Part shown: piece by piece, positions 26,794 to 37,764 of the stretch | How positions within the stretch are numbered: position 1 is the first letter of the stretch | Layout: each line of letters opens with the position of its first letter | NCBI GenBank assembly: GCA_036376245.1 | Contig: DASVAS010000072.1 | Location: 12,959-76,958, forward strand | From: Thermoanaerobaculia bacterium | GTDB taxonomy: Bacteria; Acidobacteriota; Thermoanaerobaculia; Multivoradales; UBA5704 | DNA length: 64,000 bases | Reading direction: 5' to 3' | Position numbers and translations under genes: made by a program | Notes under the pieces: model-generated | The model's database searches: none | Told to the model about the DNA's origin: nothing | Seen by the model: the letters and a program-made list of their open reading frames with translations, nothing else

Positions 26794-28662
26794 ATGTCAC
26801 GTCGGCATATCCTTCCCCTCTTCCTCCTGACGGGCGCTCTGTTGACGCAGGGAGCGCCGGCCCAGACGCCGGCCCGGCCGGCGCAATTCATCGTCCCGCC
26901 CGGCTCGAGCAACCAGCTCCTCGCGGCCGTGGCCATGGACGGCGCGGACAATCTGTCCTTCCTCTGGACCGACTTCTCCAGGAGCTCCCTGGGGCTCGTC
27001 TCCACCCGGCGCTTCTCGGCGCTCGACGCGCCCCTGGGCCCGGCGGTCCGGCTGGAGCGGTCGAGATACACCTCGAGCTCCGGCACGATCGTGGCCAATC
27101 AGCGCGGCGACGTCCTGGTGACGTGGGCCCGGTTCCCCACGGCTGATCCGAGGGGCGTCACGGAGTTTTTCCTGCGGCGGACGAGCCCGGTCTTACCGAC
27201 CCTCACCCTGCGGCTCAAGGGTCTCGGGGACGTGGCGGTGGACGACGCCGGGAACTTCGTCGTCGTCTGGACCACCTTCACCCGCGCCGGGACACGCGTG
27301 TTCGGCCAGCGCTACAACGCCGACGGCACGGCGCGGGGACCGGAATTCAACGTCTCCACCTCGCCGATCGGGAACCACGTCTCGCCGAGCGTCGCCATGA
27401 ATCCGAGCACCGGCGAGTTCGTGGTGGTCTGGGAGGAGAATCTGAACCAGGGTGCAGAGGGGTTCGGCGTGTTCGGCCAGCGATTCGGGTTCGTCACCGG
27501 CCGGCAGGGGAGCGAGCTCTTCGTCTTCGTGCCGTCCGTGAACGCGCGTCCGGCTTCGGGCGACCTCTTCGCTCCCCAGGTGGCGCGGGCGGCGAACGGC
27601 CGGCTCGTCGTGATCTGGAGGGATGCCGGCCTCGAACGCGGAGGCGTTCTGGGGCAGCGCTACAACAATGGGGGGGCCGCGGTGGGCGGGCGGCTGGTGA
27701 TCACCGGGGACAAGCACCCGAACAGCCGGCCGCAGATCGCCATGTCCCCGGCCGGGGACTTCGTGGTCGCCTGGGACGACCTGGGCGGGATCGAGGCGTG
27801 GTTCCGCCTGTTCCACCGCGACGGGACGCCGGCCGGGCCGGTGATCGCGCAAACCCCGCTGGGGAGCTCCCCCAATCTCGGGGCCGCCAAGGTGGCGTTC
27901 GGAGGCAACGGGACGTTCGTCTACGGCTGGACGAACTACGACGACGAGGGCGTCGGCCACACCATCAGCTTCCAGCGTTTTGCCGCCTCGCCGGGCGACG
28001 AGCCCTGCGTCTTCCGCAACCGCCACTTCCACTGCGACACCGGCCGCACCGGCGGCGAGCCGGAGATCGACAGCACGTTCGACATCCGCGACGGCCTGCC
28101 CCTGGCGGGCGATGTGGACGGCGACGGGCGCGAAGAATTCTGCCTCTTCCGCACCAACCGCTTCGACTGCGACAGCGGCCATGACTTCGGCGCCGCCGAG
28201 GCCTCGGTCGTCTTCGGCCAGGCGGGGGACTCGCCGGTGATGGGCGACGTGGACGGCGACGGGCGCGACGACGCCTGCGTCTTCCGCGGCGACCGCTTCC
28301 TCTGCGATTCCGGCCACGACGGCGGCGCGGCCGAGACCGAGATCATCTTCGGCGCGCCGGGCGACCGGCCGCTGATGGGCGACGTCGACGGCGACGGCCG
28401 GGATGAGGTCTGCGTCTCCCGCGGCGGCGAGTTCCGGTGCGATACGGCGCATGACAGTGGGGAGGCGGAGACGGTGATCGCCTTCGGCGGCAACGGCACC
28501 CCGCTCCTCGGCGACTTCGACGGCGACGGCCGCGACGACGCCTGCGTGCATTTCTTCCAGACGTTCTGGTGCGACACGGCTCATGACGGCGGCGAGGCCG
28601 AGGTCACCCTCCGCCTCCCCCGCAAGGGCCGGCCTTTGATGGGAAACATCGACGGTCTCTAG
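26794..28662 (+). CDS. secreted repeat protein: N-terminal FGQRYN-type repeat region plus five C-terminal Cys-bracketed FG-GAP/VCBS-like repeats
   Basis: Signal peptide MSRRHILPLFLLTGALLTQGAPAQTP; recurring VFGQRYNADGT...EF.V / VFGQRFGF.TGRQGSEL units; C-terminal repeats of form C.FR...F.CD(S/T)(G/A)HD.G.AE..(I/V)..G..GD.P(L/V)MGD(V/F)DGDGRD(D/E). The track's 1054-aa version has a spurious upstream extension. Confidence 0.65.
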   Translation: MSRRHILPLFLLTGALLTQGAPAQTPARPAQFIVPPGSSNQLLAAVAMDGADNLSFLWTDFSRSSLGLVSTRRFSALDAPLGPAVRLERSRYTSSSGTIVANQRGDVLVTWARFPTADPRGVTEFFLRRTSPVLPTLTLRLKGLGDVAVDDAGNFVVVWTTFTRAGTRVFGQRYNADGTARGPEFNVSTSPIGNHVSPSVAMNPSTGEFVVVWEENLNQGAEGFGVFGQRFGFVTGRQGSELFVFVPSVNARPASGDLFAPQVARAANGRLVVIWRDAGLERGGVLGQRYNNGGAAVGGRLVITGDKHPNSRPQIAMSPAGDFVVAWDDLGGIEAWFRLFHRDGTPAGPVIAQTPLGSSPNLGAAKVAFGGNGTFVYGWTNYDDEGVGHTISFQRFAASPGDEPCVFRNRHFHCDTGRTGGEPEIDSTFDIRDGLPLAGDVDGDGREEFCLFRTNRFDCDSGHDFGAAEASVVFGQAGDSPVMGDVDGDGRDDACVFRGDRFLCDSGHDGGAAETEIIFGAPGDRPLMGDVDGDGRDEVCVSRGGEFRCDTAHDSGEAETVIAFGGNGTPLLGDFDGDGRDDACVHFFQTFWCDTAHDGGEAEVTLRLPRKGRPLMGNIDGL

Positions 28663-28684
28663 ATCACAGAAAGGACTCGCTCAG

Positions 28685-29875
28685 ATGACGACAACCCGGC
28701 GCACCCTTGCATTCCTCCTCCTCGCCGTCGCCCTGCTCGCTCAGGGGGCGCCAGCCCAGACGCCGGCCGGTCCGGTGCACTACGTCATCCCGCCCGACAC
28801 GGAGAATCCCGGCCTCGACGGCGTGGCCATGGACGGCGCGGGCAACATGACCTTCCTGTTCACGATCCCGATCTTCGAAGGCACTTTCAGGGAAGAGGCC
28901 TATATCCGGCGCTTCTCCGCGACCGACACGCCGCTCGGGCCCGCGGTCCGGCTGGGCCCGGCGACCGTCAGCACGAACGGCGGATCGATCGCGGCCAACC
29001 AGCGCGGCGACGTCGTGTTCACCTGGTCCCGCGCGAGCGGCGGTTCCACCTCGTACTTCCTGCGCCGGACGAGCCCGGTGCTGGGGACCCTGACCCTGCC
29101 GATCAAGGGGTTGGCGGACGTCGCGGTGGACAACAACGGCAACTTCGTCGTCATCTGGGGGAGCGGGGGCGAGGTCCTGGGCCAGCGCTACAACGCCGAC
29201 GGCACGAAGCGGGGGCCGGAGTTCAACGCCGCCACTTCGCGGGCCGGTACCAAGATTTCGCCGAGCGTGGCCATGAACCCGAGCACCGGCGAGTTCGTGG
29301 TGGTGTGGGAGGTGCGGGAGGCGGGGAGTGAAGGGACCCTCCCGGCGAGCGTCCGCGGCCAGCGCTTCGGGTTCTTCACCGGCCGGCAGGGGAGCGAGCT
29401 CGTGGTCTATACCCGGCCTGTCAGCGAGCCCTCGAGCATCATCTCCTTCTACGCCCCTGACGTGGCCCGCGCCAACAACGGCGGCTTCGTCGTGGTGTGG
29501 CGGACGGACTTCGGGAGGGACGTCCTGGGTCAGCGCTACAACAACGAGGGCGTGCCCCTGGGCGGGCGCCTCGTGATCGCGGCGAGCGCGGGCATCCCGG
29601 ACGGCCGCCCGCACATCGCCATGGCGCCGAACGGCAGGTTCGTGGTCTCCTGGGACGACCAGGGGACGTCCCCGCAGTGGTTCCGGCTCTTCCGGCCCAA
29701 CGGCACGCCCTGGGGGCCGGTGCTGGTGGAGCCCCCCTTCGACGGCGCCCCCTACAACGGCTCCGGACGGGTGGCCTTCGGCCGCAACGACTCCTTCGTG
29801 ATCGGCTGGACCAACTACAACGACGAGGGGGATTTAGGAAACACGATCAGCTTCCACCGGTTCCTGGTGCCGTAG
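28685..29875 (+). CDS. secreted paralogue of the preceding protein (repeat region only, no FG-GAP tail)
   Basis: The signal peptide MTTTRRTLAFLLLAVALLAQGAPAQTP is nearly identical to the neighbour's; the same GQRYNADGT..GPEFN / GQRFGFFTGRQGSEL units occur. Confidence 0.65.
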   Translation: MTTTRRTLAFLLLAVALLAQGAPAQTPAGPVHYVIPPDTENPGLDGVAMDGAGNMTFLFTIPIFEGTFREEAYIRRFSATDTPLGPAVRLGPATVSTNGGSIAANQRGDVVFTWSRASGGSTSYFLRRTSPVLGTLTLPIKGLADVAVDNNGNFVVIWGSGGEVLGQRYNADGTKRGPEFNAATSRAGTKISPSVAMNPSTGEFVVVWEVREAGSEGTLPASVRGQRFGFFTGRQGSELVVYTRPVSEPSSIISFYAPDVARANNGGFVVVWRTDFGRDVLGQRYNNEGVPLGGRLVIAASAGIPDGRPHIAMAPNGRFVVSWDDQGTSPQWFRLFRPNGTPWGPVLVEPPFDGAPYNGSGRVAFGRNDSFVIGWTNYNDEGDLGNTISFHRFLVP

Positions 29876-29936
29876 GGGCCCTCACCACCCCGGCCCTCCT
29901 CTCCCAGCCTCCGGGAGAGGAGGAAGAGGTTGGAAA

Positions 29937-30050
29937 AAAGGACCTAAAGGACATAAACGACCTAAAGGACCCAAAGGACAAAACAAGCGAGCTTCTCCGT
30001 CCTTGTCAGTCCTTTAGGTCCCTTGGGTCCTTTATGTCCTTTAGGTCCTT
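29937..30050. repeat. nonamer-built palindromic hairpin element, copy 3 (a short CCTCCTCTCCC..GGGAGAGGAGG palindrome lies just 5' of it)
   Basis: GGACCTAAA GGACATAAA CGACCTAAA GGACCCAAA GGACAAAAC followed by a loop and the inverted arm GTCCTTTAGGTCCCTTGGGTCCTTTATGTCCTTTAGGTCC; lies between convergent gene ends. 29889..29930 is a separate GC-rich palindrome. Confidence 0.7.
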
Positions 30051-30066
30051 CTGTCCTTTCCCCCTC

Positions 30067-31056
30067 TCACAGGAACCCGTGGAAGTCCGTGAAGAAGAAG
30101 TTCACGGCCATCAGGGAGAACAGGATCGCCCCGAAACCCGCCAGGCTCGCCAGCGCCGTCTGCCGCCCTTGCCAGCGCTGCAGACGGCGCAGCAGCAGGG
30201 CGGCGGCGTAGAGCACCCAGGTCGCCAGGGTGAAGAGGATCTTGGGGTCCCGCAGCCAGGCGTCGTGGAGCAGGCGCTCGGCCCAGAAGGCGCCGGTCAT
30301 CACCGCGCCGGTCAGGGCGATGAAGCCCACCGAGAGCGCGCCCAGCATCATCCGCTCCAGCACCTCCAGGGGCGGCAGCTTGCCGTAGAAGGTGGAGAAG
30401 CGGCCGGCCTTCAGGTCGCGGTAGAGCTGCAGGAACAGGAAGGCGTAGCCCGCCCCCACCACGAAGGCGGCGTAGCCCAGCAGCGCCAGCGAGACGTGCA
30501 CGGCGAAGATCGGGTTGTGGAAGATCTCCCGCTGCGGCGGGTTGGGACGCCCCAGCATCGCGGAGAGAAGCTGGAAGAAGAACACCAGCGCCACCAGCCA
30601 GAACCCCGTGGACCGGGCCCGGCCGTGCCACTCGACGAACACGTAGACCACCGCCACCGCGAACGCCACGATGGACAGCGCCTGCGAGACCGTCGCCGCC
30701 GGGAACTGCCCCCACCGCATCGCCAACACGACCAGGTAGGCCAGGTGGAACAGGACCGTGCCCCGCAGGGCCGGCGTCGCCGTCTTCTCGGCCACCGGGT
30801 TGGACGAGTAGAAGAGGAAGGCGTAATCGATCGCCACCAGCAGGTAGGCGAGCGGGAGGAGGATTTTCGCGAGATCGAGAAAAGTCTGCACCGAACGCTC
30901 CGGGTCCACGGGTAGGGGCGGCCAGGGCAATGCTAGCACCTTCTTGCCCCCCCTCCCATCCTCTGGTACTGTGCCCGGCGCCTCGGACAAACGTCGTAGA
31001 GAGAGCAAGATCAGCCTATCGGAAGAGAGCGGACCGGCCATGGCCAACGTCGTCAT
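30067..31056 (-). CDS. cytochrome c assembly family protein (CcsA/HemX/YpjD-like)
   Basis: Polytopic membrane protein with GAFWAERLLHDAWLRDPK, matching the W-rich WxxDPK signature region of the CcsA/HemX family. The exact start is uncertain; the N-terminal 40 aa may not be translated. Confidence 0.6.
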   Translation of the reverse strand: MTTLAMAGPLSSDRLILLSLRRLSEAPGTVPEDGRGGKKVLALPWPPLPVDPERSVQTFLDLAKILLPLAYLLVAIDYAFLFYSSNPVAEKTATPALRGTVLFHLAYLVVLAMRWGQFPAATVSQALSIVAFAVAVVYVFVEWHGRARSTGFWLVALVFFFQLLSAMLGRPNPPQREIFHNPIFAVHVSLALLGYAAFVVGAGYAFLFLQLYRDLKAGRFSTFYGKLPPLEVLERMMLGALSVGFIALTGAVMTGAFWAERLLHDAWLRDPKILFTLATWVLYAAALLLRRLQRWQGRQTALASLAGFGAILFSLMAVNFFFTDFHGFL

Positions 31057-32371
31057 CGTAGGAATGCAGTGGGGGGATGAGGGGAAGGGGAAGATCGTCG
31101 ATCTCCTCTGCCCGGCGTTCGATGGAGTCGTGCGCTACCAGGGCGGCCACAACGCCGGCCACACGGTGAAGTTCCGCGACCGGCACTTCTCCCTGAAGCT
31201 GATCCCCTCGGGCATCCTGCATCCGGACATGGTCTGCGTCCTCGGCAACGGCATGGTGATCGCGCCGGACGCCCTGCTCTCCGAGCTGGCCGACCTCTAC
31301 GCCGCCGGGGTCCGCTTCGACGGCCGCCTCTTCCTCTCCAACCGCGCCCACGTGCTCCTGCCGTGCCATGCCCTGCTGGACCAGGCGCGCGAGGAGGCGC
31401 GGGGGGCGGGCCGCATCGGCACCACCTCGCGGGGGATCGGTCCCGCCTACGAGAGCAAGGCCTCCCGCTCCGGCCTGCGCATGGTGGACCTCTTCGCGCC
31501 GGACCTGGAGGAGCGGCTGCGCGTCCTCCTCACCCGCATCCAGGCCGAGCTGGCCACCCTGGGCGGCGCCCCGCTGCCGCCGCCGGATTCCTACGCCGAC
31601 CAGTGCCGGCAGTGGGGGGAGAAGCTCCGGCCTTCCCTGCGCGACACCGAGCAGCTCCTCAACGGCTGGATCAAGGAGGGCAAGAACCTCCTGTTCGAGG
31701 GCGCCCAGGGCTCGCTGCTGGACATCGACCACGGCACCTATCCCTTCGTGACCAGCTCCAACGCCACCACCGGCGGCGCCTGCACCGGCACCGGCGTGCC
31801 CCCGACGCGGATCGACGGCGCCATCGGCGTGCTCAAGGCCTACACCACCCGGGTGGGCGGCGGCCCCTTCCCGAGCGAGCTGACCGACGCCACCGGCGAG
31901 TTCCTGCGCAGCCGGGGCAATGAGTACGGCACGGTGACGGGCCGGCCCCGCCGCTGCGGCTGGCTGGACACGGTGGCCGCCCGCTACGGCCAGCTCCTCA
32001 ACGGCGTGGGGATGGTGGCCCTGACCAAGCTGGACGTCCTGGACGCTTTCGACGAGATCCCGGTCTGCGTGGCCTACCGCCACAAGGGGGAGATCCTGCG
32101 CGACCTGCCGCCGGACCGCCGCACCCTGGAGACCGCCGAGCCGGTGCTGCGCACCATGAAGGGCTGGAAGACCTCCACGGAGCGCATCCTGGAGTGGGAG
32201 GACCTGCCGCAGGAGGCCAAGGACTACGTCGATTTCATCGAGCAGGAGATCGAGGCGCCGGTGACGCTGGTCTCCACCGGTCCCCGCCGCGAAGAGACGA
32301 TCGTCCGCACCCACCCCAACCTGGAGCGCTTCACCTCCGGGCGGCTGGGGCGGGTGCTGGAGCAGCGGTAG
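31040..32371 (+). CDS. purA: adenylosuccinate synthetase
   Basis: MANVVIVGMQWGDEGKGKIVD P-loop and other PurA blocks; the track start 30944 is an upstream artefact. Confidence 0.9.
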   Translation: MANVVIVGMQWGDEGKGKIVDLLCPAFDGVVRYQGGHNAGHTVKFRDRHFSLKLIPSGILHPDMVCVLGNGMVIAPDALLSELADLYAAGVRFDGRLFLSNRAHVLLPCHALLDQAREEARGAGRIGTTSRGIGPAYESKASRSGLRMVDLFAPDLEERLRVLLTRIQAELATLGGAPLPPPDSYADQCRQWGEKLRPSLRDTEQLLNGWIKEGKNLLFEGAQGSLLDIDHGTYPFVTSSNATTGGACTGTGVPPTRIDGAIGVLKAYTTRVGGGPFPSELTDATGEFLRSRGNEYGTVTGRPRRCGWLDTVAARYGQLLNGVGMVALTKLDVLDAFDEIPVCVAYRHKGEILRDLPPDRRTLETAEPVLRTMKGWKTSTERILEWEDLPQEAKDYVDFIEQEIEAPVTLVSTGPRREETIVRTHPNLERFTSGRLGRVLEQR

Positions 32372-32389
32372 ACCGCGGTCGCTGGACCT

Positions 32390-32629
32390 CTACTTGTAGC
32401 AGAGGGTCGTTGAGGGGATGCAGGTGAAGGTCCCGCAATTCTCGCAGCCCGCGCCGCAGTAGGAGGCGAGCCTGTACCCCGAAGGGCAGACCCCTCCGCC
32501 CTGCCATTCATCGAGACAACACGGCCTGGTTCCCGCCGCGGCGGGCGGGGTCTGGACCAGCGCGAACTGAAGCAGGCAGAGGGCGACCAGCACGAGGACG
32601 GCGCGGGAACGCAGGAACGCTCGCATCAT
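32390..32629 (-). CDS. small secreted cysteine-rich protein (9 Cys in ~45 mature residues)
   Basis: MMRAFLRSRAVLVLVALCLLQFALVQTPPAAAG signal peptide, then CCLDEWQGGGVCPSGYRLASYCGAGCENCGTFTCIPSTTLCYK. Confidence 0.45.
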   Translation of the reverse strand: MMRAFLRSRAVLVLVALCLLQFALVQTPPAAAGTRPCCLDEWQGGGVCPSGYRLASYCGAGCENCGTFTCIPSTTLCYK

Positions 32630-32824
32630 CTGAGACTCCTTTCCGATCCGGTTCAAGAGGATCTCGACGGCACCTACCTCTGAGGTGCCGGGCGGGTGTC
32701 CGCCCGAGCCCGCGCGCCGCCTTCGGCTGATGGCCGGCCGGTCGTAATTTCGGCTGTAATGTTTTTCCCCGATCCTTGGTCTTGGAATTTCTTATCCTGC
32801 GATGGCCAAGGGAGGACGTGCCCC

Positions 32825-33112
32825 ATGGAGCACCCGGATTCCGAGTTGCTTGCCAGGTTTGCGCGCAATGCCTGCTCTCGCGAGGAACGCGCCGGCGTGA
32901 TCCGCCATCTGTTGAAGGGCTGCTCCCGCTGCGGCCGCGAAGTCAGCGGTTTCCTGCGGAGCGCGGACCATCCCGCGGGCCTTCGCCCGGTCATTGACCG
33001 CGCGGTGGACACTTTCCTCGCGGCTCTTCCCGTCAAGCCGGCCGCCCCCCGCGTCGCGGCTCGTGAGAAGGCGTGGCGGTCCTACACCGCGGAAGCGTCC
33101 GCGATCGTGTAG
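32825..33112 (+). CDS. zf-HC2 (anti-sigma-factor-like) zinc-finger protein
   Basis: C-x10-H-x3-C-x2-C arrangement (NACSREERAGVIRHLLKGCSRC); 95 aa; 18 bp upstream of the sensor kinase. Confidence 0.5.
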   Translation: MEHPDSELLARFARNACSREERAGVIRHLLKGCSRCGREVSGFLRSADHPAGLRPVIDRAVDTFLAALPVKPAAPRVAAREKAWRSYTAEASAIV

Positions 33113-33129
33113 AATCCTTTCGCCTTCCC

Positions 33130-34923
33130 ATGGATGTGCGGACGCTGCTCTTCGCGAACGCGGTGGTCTTCGCGGTTCTCGCGGCCACCATGATCCTGGT
33201 CTGGCGGAGCAACCGCCGGTTCCCCGGCCTTGCCCCCCTCGCCAGGGTCCATGTCGCCATGATGGCGGGCACGGCCATCATCCGGCTGGAGCCCGGCGTG
33301 GTCCCGGCGCACCTGTCCATGATCGCCGGCAACGGGCTCGTCGTCCTCAGCGTCGCCTGGCTTCTCGAAGGCGTCCGCGGGCTCTTCGCTCTCCCGCGCG
33401 ACCACACGACGCGGGTCGCGATCCTGCTGTGGATCTCCTGCCTGCTCTTCTTCCTCTACCTCCACCCCAGCCTTCGCGCACGCCTCCTCATCACCAGCCT
33501 TGTGGCGTTCGTCCTGCTGCTGCGATCCGCCTGGACGGCCCGCATCGGCCTGCGGACACCGGCGGAGAGAGGGCCGTCCCTGCTTCTGATCGGATCGCTC
33601 GGCCTGATTGCGCTGCTCTTCATCGCCCGTTCCGTTTCCTACGCGGCGATCACGCGTCAGGTGGTCCCGCTGGAGCCGGACGCCCTCACGGTCGCCCTGG
33701 TGACCGCCAGCCTTCTGGCCGGCACGGGCTGGACCTTCGGAGTCATGGTGCTCGTCTATGCTCGGCTCAACCGCGAGGCCGTCGAGGCGTTGCGCAGCGA
33801 GGCCGACCTGCGCCTGCAGGCGCTCATCACCCGCAGCATGAACGAGGGGGTCTGTCTGGTGCGGGCGAGCGACGGCACGATCGCCTACGCCAATCCCAAG
33901 TTCGAGCGGATCTTCGGCTATGAGCCTGGGGAACTGAAGGACAAGCCGGTGCAGATCCTCAACGCGGGCAGCTCCGAGGAGGCCGACGCCGCCCACCAGA
34001 ACATCGCACGCGAGCTTATGGAGAATGGGGCGGCCACCTACGAGATCAACAACCTCCGAAAGGACGGCACGCCGATCTGGTGCCGCGCCACCACCGTGCT
34101 TTTCGATCACCCCGAGCACGGCCCGGTCTTCGTGGCCGTGCAGGAGGACGTCACCCAGCGCAAGCGGATGGAGAGGATCAAGGACGACTTCGTCTCGGTG
34201 GTGAGCCACGAGCTACGGACGCCGTTGACCTCCATCCGCGGCTCGCTCGGCCTGCTCGCGGGCGGCGCGGTAGGCGAGATGCCGGCGGCGGCGCGGTCGC
34301 TGCTCGACATCGCGAACAGCAACTGTGAGCGCCTGGTGCGCCTGATCAACGACATCCTCGACATGGAGAAGATCGGGTCGGGCAAGATGGCCTTCGCCCC
34401 CGTGCCGCTCGACCTGGTGCCGCTGGTCGAGCAGGCGATCCTCAGCAACCGCGCCTACGCCCACGGCTTCGGCGTGGAGATCCGGCTGGCAGAGGCCTGT
34501 CCGGGCAGGGTCCTGGCGGATCCCGACCGGCTGCACCAGGTGTTGACGAATCTTCTCTCGAACGCCGCCCGGCATTCGCCCCGGGGCGCGGCGGTGGAGG
34601 TGCGGGTCCGGCGCCTGGACGGGAAGCTGCGCGTCTCCGTCACCGACCATGGCGCCGGAATTCCGCCGGAATTCCAACCGAGAGTGTTCGAGAAGTTCGC
34701 CCAGGCCGACTCTTCTTCCTCCCGCCGCGAGGGGGGCACGGGGCTCGGCCTGAGCATCTCGCGCGCCATCGTCGAGCGCCTCGGCGGCAAAATCTGGTTC
34801 GAGACCCAGGCCGGGGTGGGGACGACCTTCTTTTTCGACCTGGCGGACCTCGACGCCAGCCCCGGGCGGCCGTCCCTGGAGGACGAGCTCGCCCTGCCGC
34901 TCCCTCGCTCAGCCGAGCGGTAG
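33130..34923 (+). CDS. membrane-bound PAS sensor histidine kinase
   Basis: N-terminal multi-TM region, PAS fold (NEGVCLVRASDGTIAYANPKFERIFGYEPGEL), HisKA H-box (VSHELRTPLTSI) and HATPase N/G boxes (NLLSNAARHS, GTGLGLSI). An alternative start lies at 33073. Confidence 0.8.
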   Translation: MDVRTLLFANAVVFAVLAATMILVWRSNRRFPGLAPLARVHVAMMAGTAIIRLEPGVVPAHLSMIAGNGLVVLSVAWLLEGVRGLFALPRDHTTRVAILLWISCLLFFLYLHPSLRARLLITSLVAFVLLLRSAWTARIGLRTPAERGPSLLLIGSLGLIALLFIARSVSYAAITRQVVPLEPDALTVALVTASLLAGTGWTFGVMVLVYARLNREAVEALRSEADLRLQALITRSMNEGVCLVRASDGTIAYANPKFERIFGYEPGELKDKPVQILNAGSSEEADAAHQNIARELMENGAATYEINNLRKDGTPIWCRATTVLFDHPEHGPVFVAVQEDVTQRKRMERIKDDFVSVVSHELRTPLTSIRGSLGLLAGGAVGEMPAAARSLLDIANSNCERLVRLINDILDMEKIGSGKMAFAPVPLDLVPLVEQAILSNRAYAHGFGVEIRLAEACPGRVLADPDRLHQVLTNLLSNAARHSPRGAAVEVRVRRLDGKLRVSVTDHGAGIPPEFQPRVFEKFAQADSSSSRREGGTGLGLSISRAIVERLGGKIWFETQAGVGTTFFFDLADLDASPGRPSLEDELALPLPRSAER

Positions 34924-34957
34924 CGGCGTAGTTACGCCGTAAGTCCCTGATTCTGAA

Positions 34958-35033
34958 TGGTGGGCCGTCAGAGACTCGAACTCTGGACCCGCGGATTAAA
35001 AGTCCGCTGCTCTACCAACTGAGCTAACGGCCC
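34958..35033 (-). tRNA. tRNA-Lys (anticodon TTT)
   Basis: GGGCCGTTAGCTCAGTTGGTAGAGCAGCGGACTTTTAATCCGCGGGTCCAGAGTTCGAGTCTCTGACGGCCCACCA. There is a 7-bp acceptor stem, a cloverleaf with anticodon loop CTTTTAA, a T-loop GTTCGAGTC, and an encoded CCA. Confidence 0.9.
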
Positions 35034-35089
35034 CAAGGCGGGGAGTATACCTGAACCGCGGGAGGGTCCGCCTTGAGGCCTGGCTCTTC

Positions 35090-37231
<2,142 letters not shown>

Positions 37232-37321
37232 CAGAGGCTCCTTCGTGGGGTCAGGTACGGCAAAAGATACCACTTTCTGGAAGATCCGCCGCGGATCTTT
37301 CCGGATGCTTCAAGGTCTCCC

Positions 37322-37618
37322 TCAAGGCAGGTCGATCGTCCGCTTCTCCGGGTCGGGCTGGCGGCGGTAGAGGATCACGGTGTGGCCGATCAGGCCGACC
37401 CGGGCGCTCCGCGTGCGCTGGGCGATCTCGTCCGCCGTCTCCTTCTTCTCCTCGGCCCCGGCCAGCCGGACCTTGATCAGCTCGTGGACGTCCAGGGCCT
37501 CGTCGATGGACTGGACGACGCCATCGGTCAGACCGTTCTTGCCGAGTTGCACGACGGGATCGAGGTGGTGGGCCATGCCCCTGAGGTACTTGCGCTGGGC
37601 TCCGGTGAGCTCTTTCAT
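37322..37618 (-). CDS. yhbY: ribosome assembly RNA-binding protein YhbY (CRM domain)
   Basis: KYLRGMAHHLDPVVQLGKNGLTDGVV...HELIKVR matches YhbY along its length. Confidence 0.75.
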   Translation of the reverse strand: MKELTGAQRKYLRGMAHHLDPVVQLGKNGLTDGVVQSIDEALDVHELIKVRLAGAEEKKETADEIAQRTRSARVGLIGHTVILYRRQPDPEKRTIDLP

Positions 37619-37764
37619 GGCCGCATTCTCTGCGAGAGAGGCGGCGGCGGTCCAGTCGGCGGGGAAATCCGGCGGCGCGTCCGTCTTCTGAAGCAGGGGT
37701 AATGCAGGATTACCGGCCGAACGCCGCCTCTGGCCTGATCTAGAATGGGACAGAGGCGGCGCGA

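Noticed and set aside
25498-28662. 1054-aa + ORF
   Set aside because: The first two-thirds is antisense to hemA. The real gene starts at the ATG 26794, where a signal peptide begins.
27193-29614. ORFs 27193..28584(-), 27936..28577(-), 28664..29614(-), 29497..30915(+)
   Set aside because: Shadows of the two secreted paralogues and the CcsA-like gene. 29497..30915 also reads through the nonamer hairpin, giving KDLKDINDL-type pseudo-repeats.
30041-32314. ORFs 30041..30715(-), 31016..32314(-), 31363..31923(+)
   Set aside because: Off-frame overlaps of the CcsA-like gene and purA.
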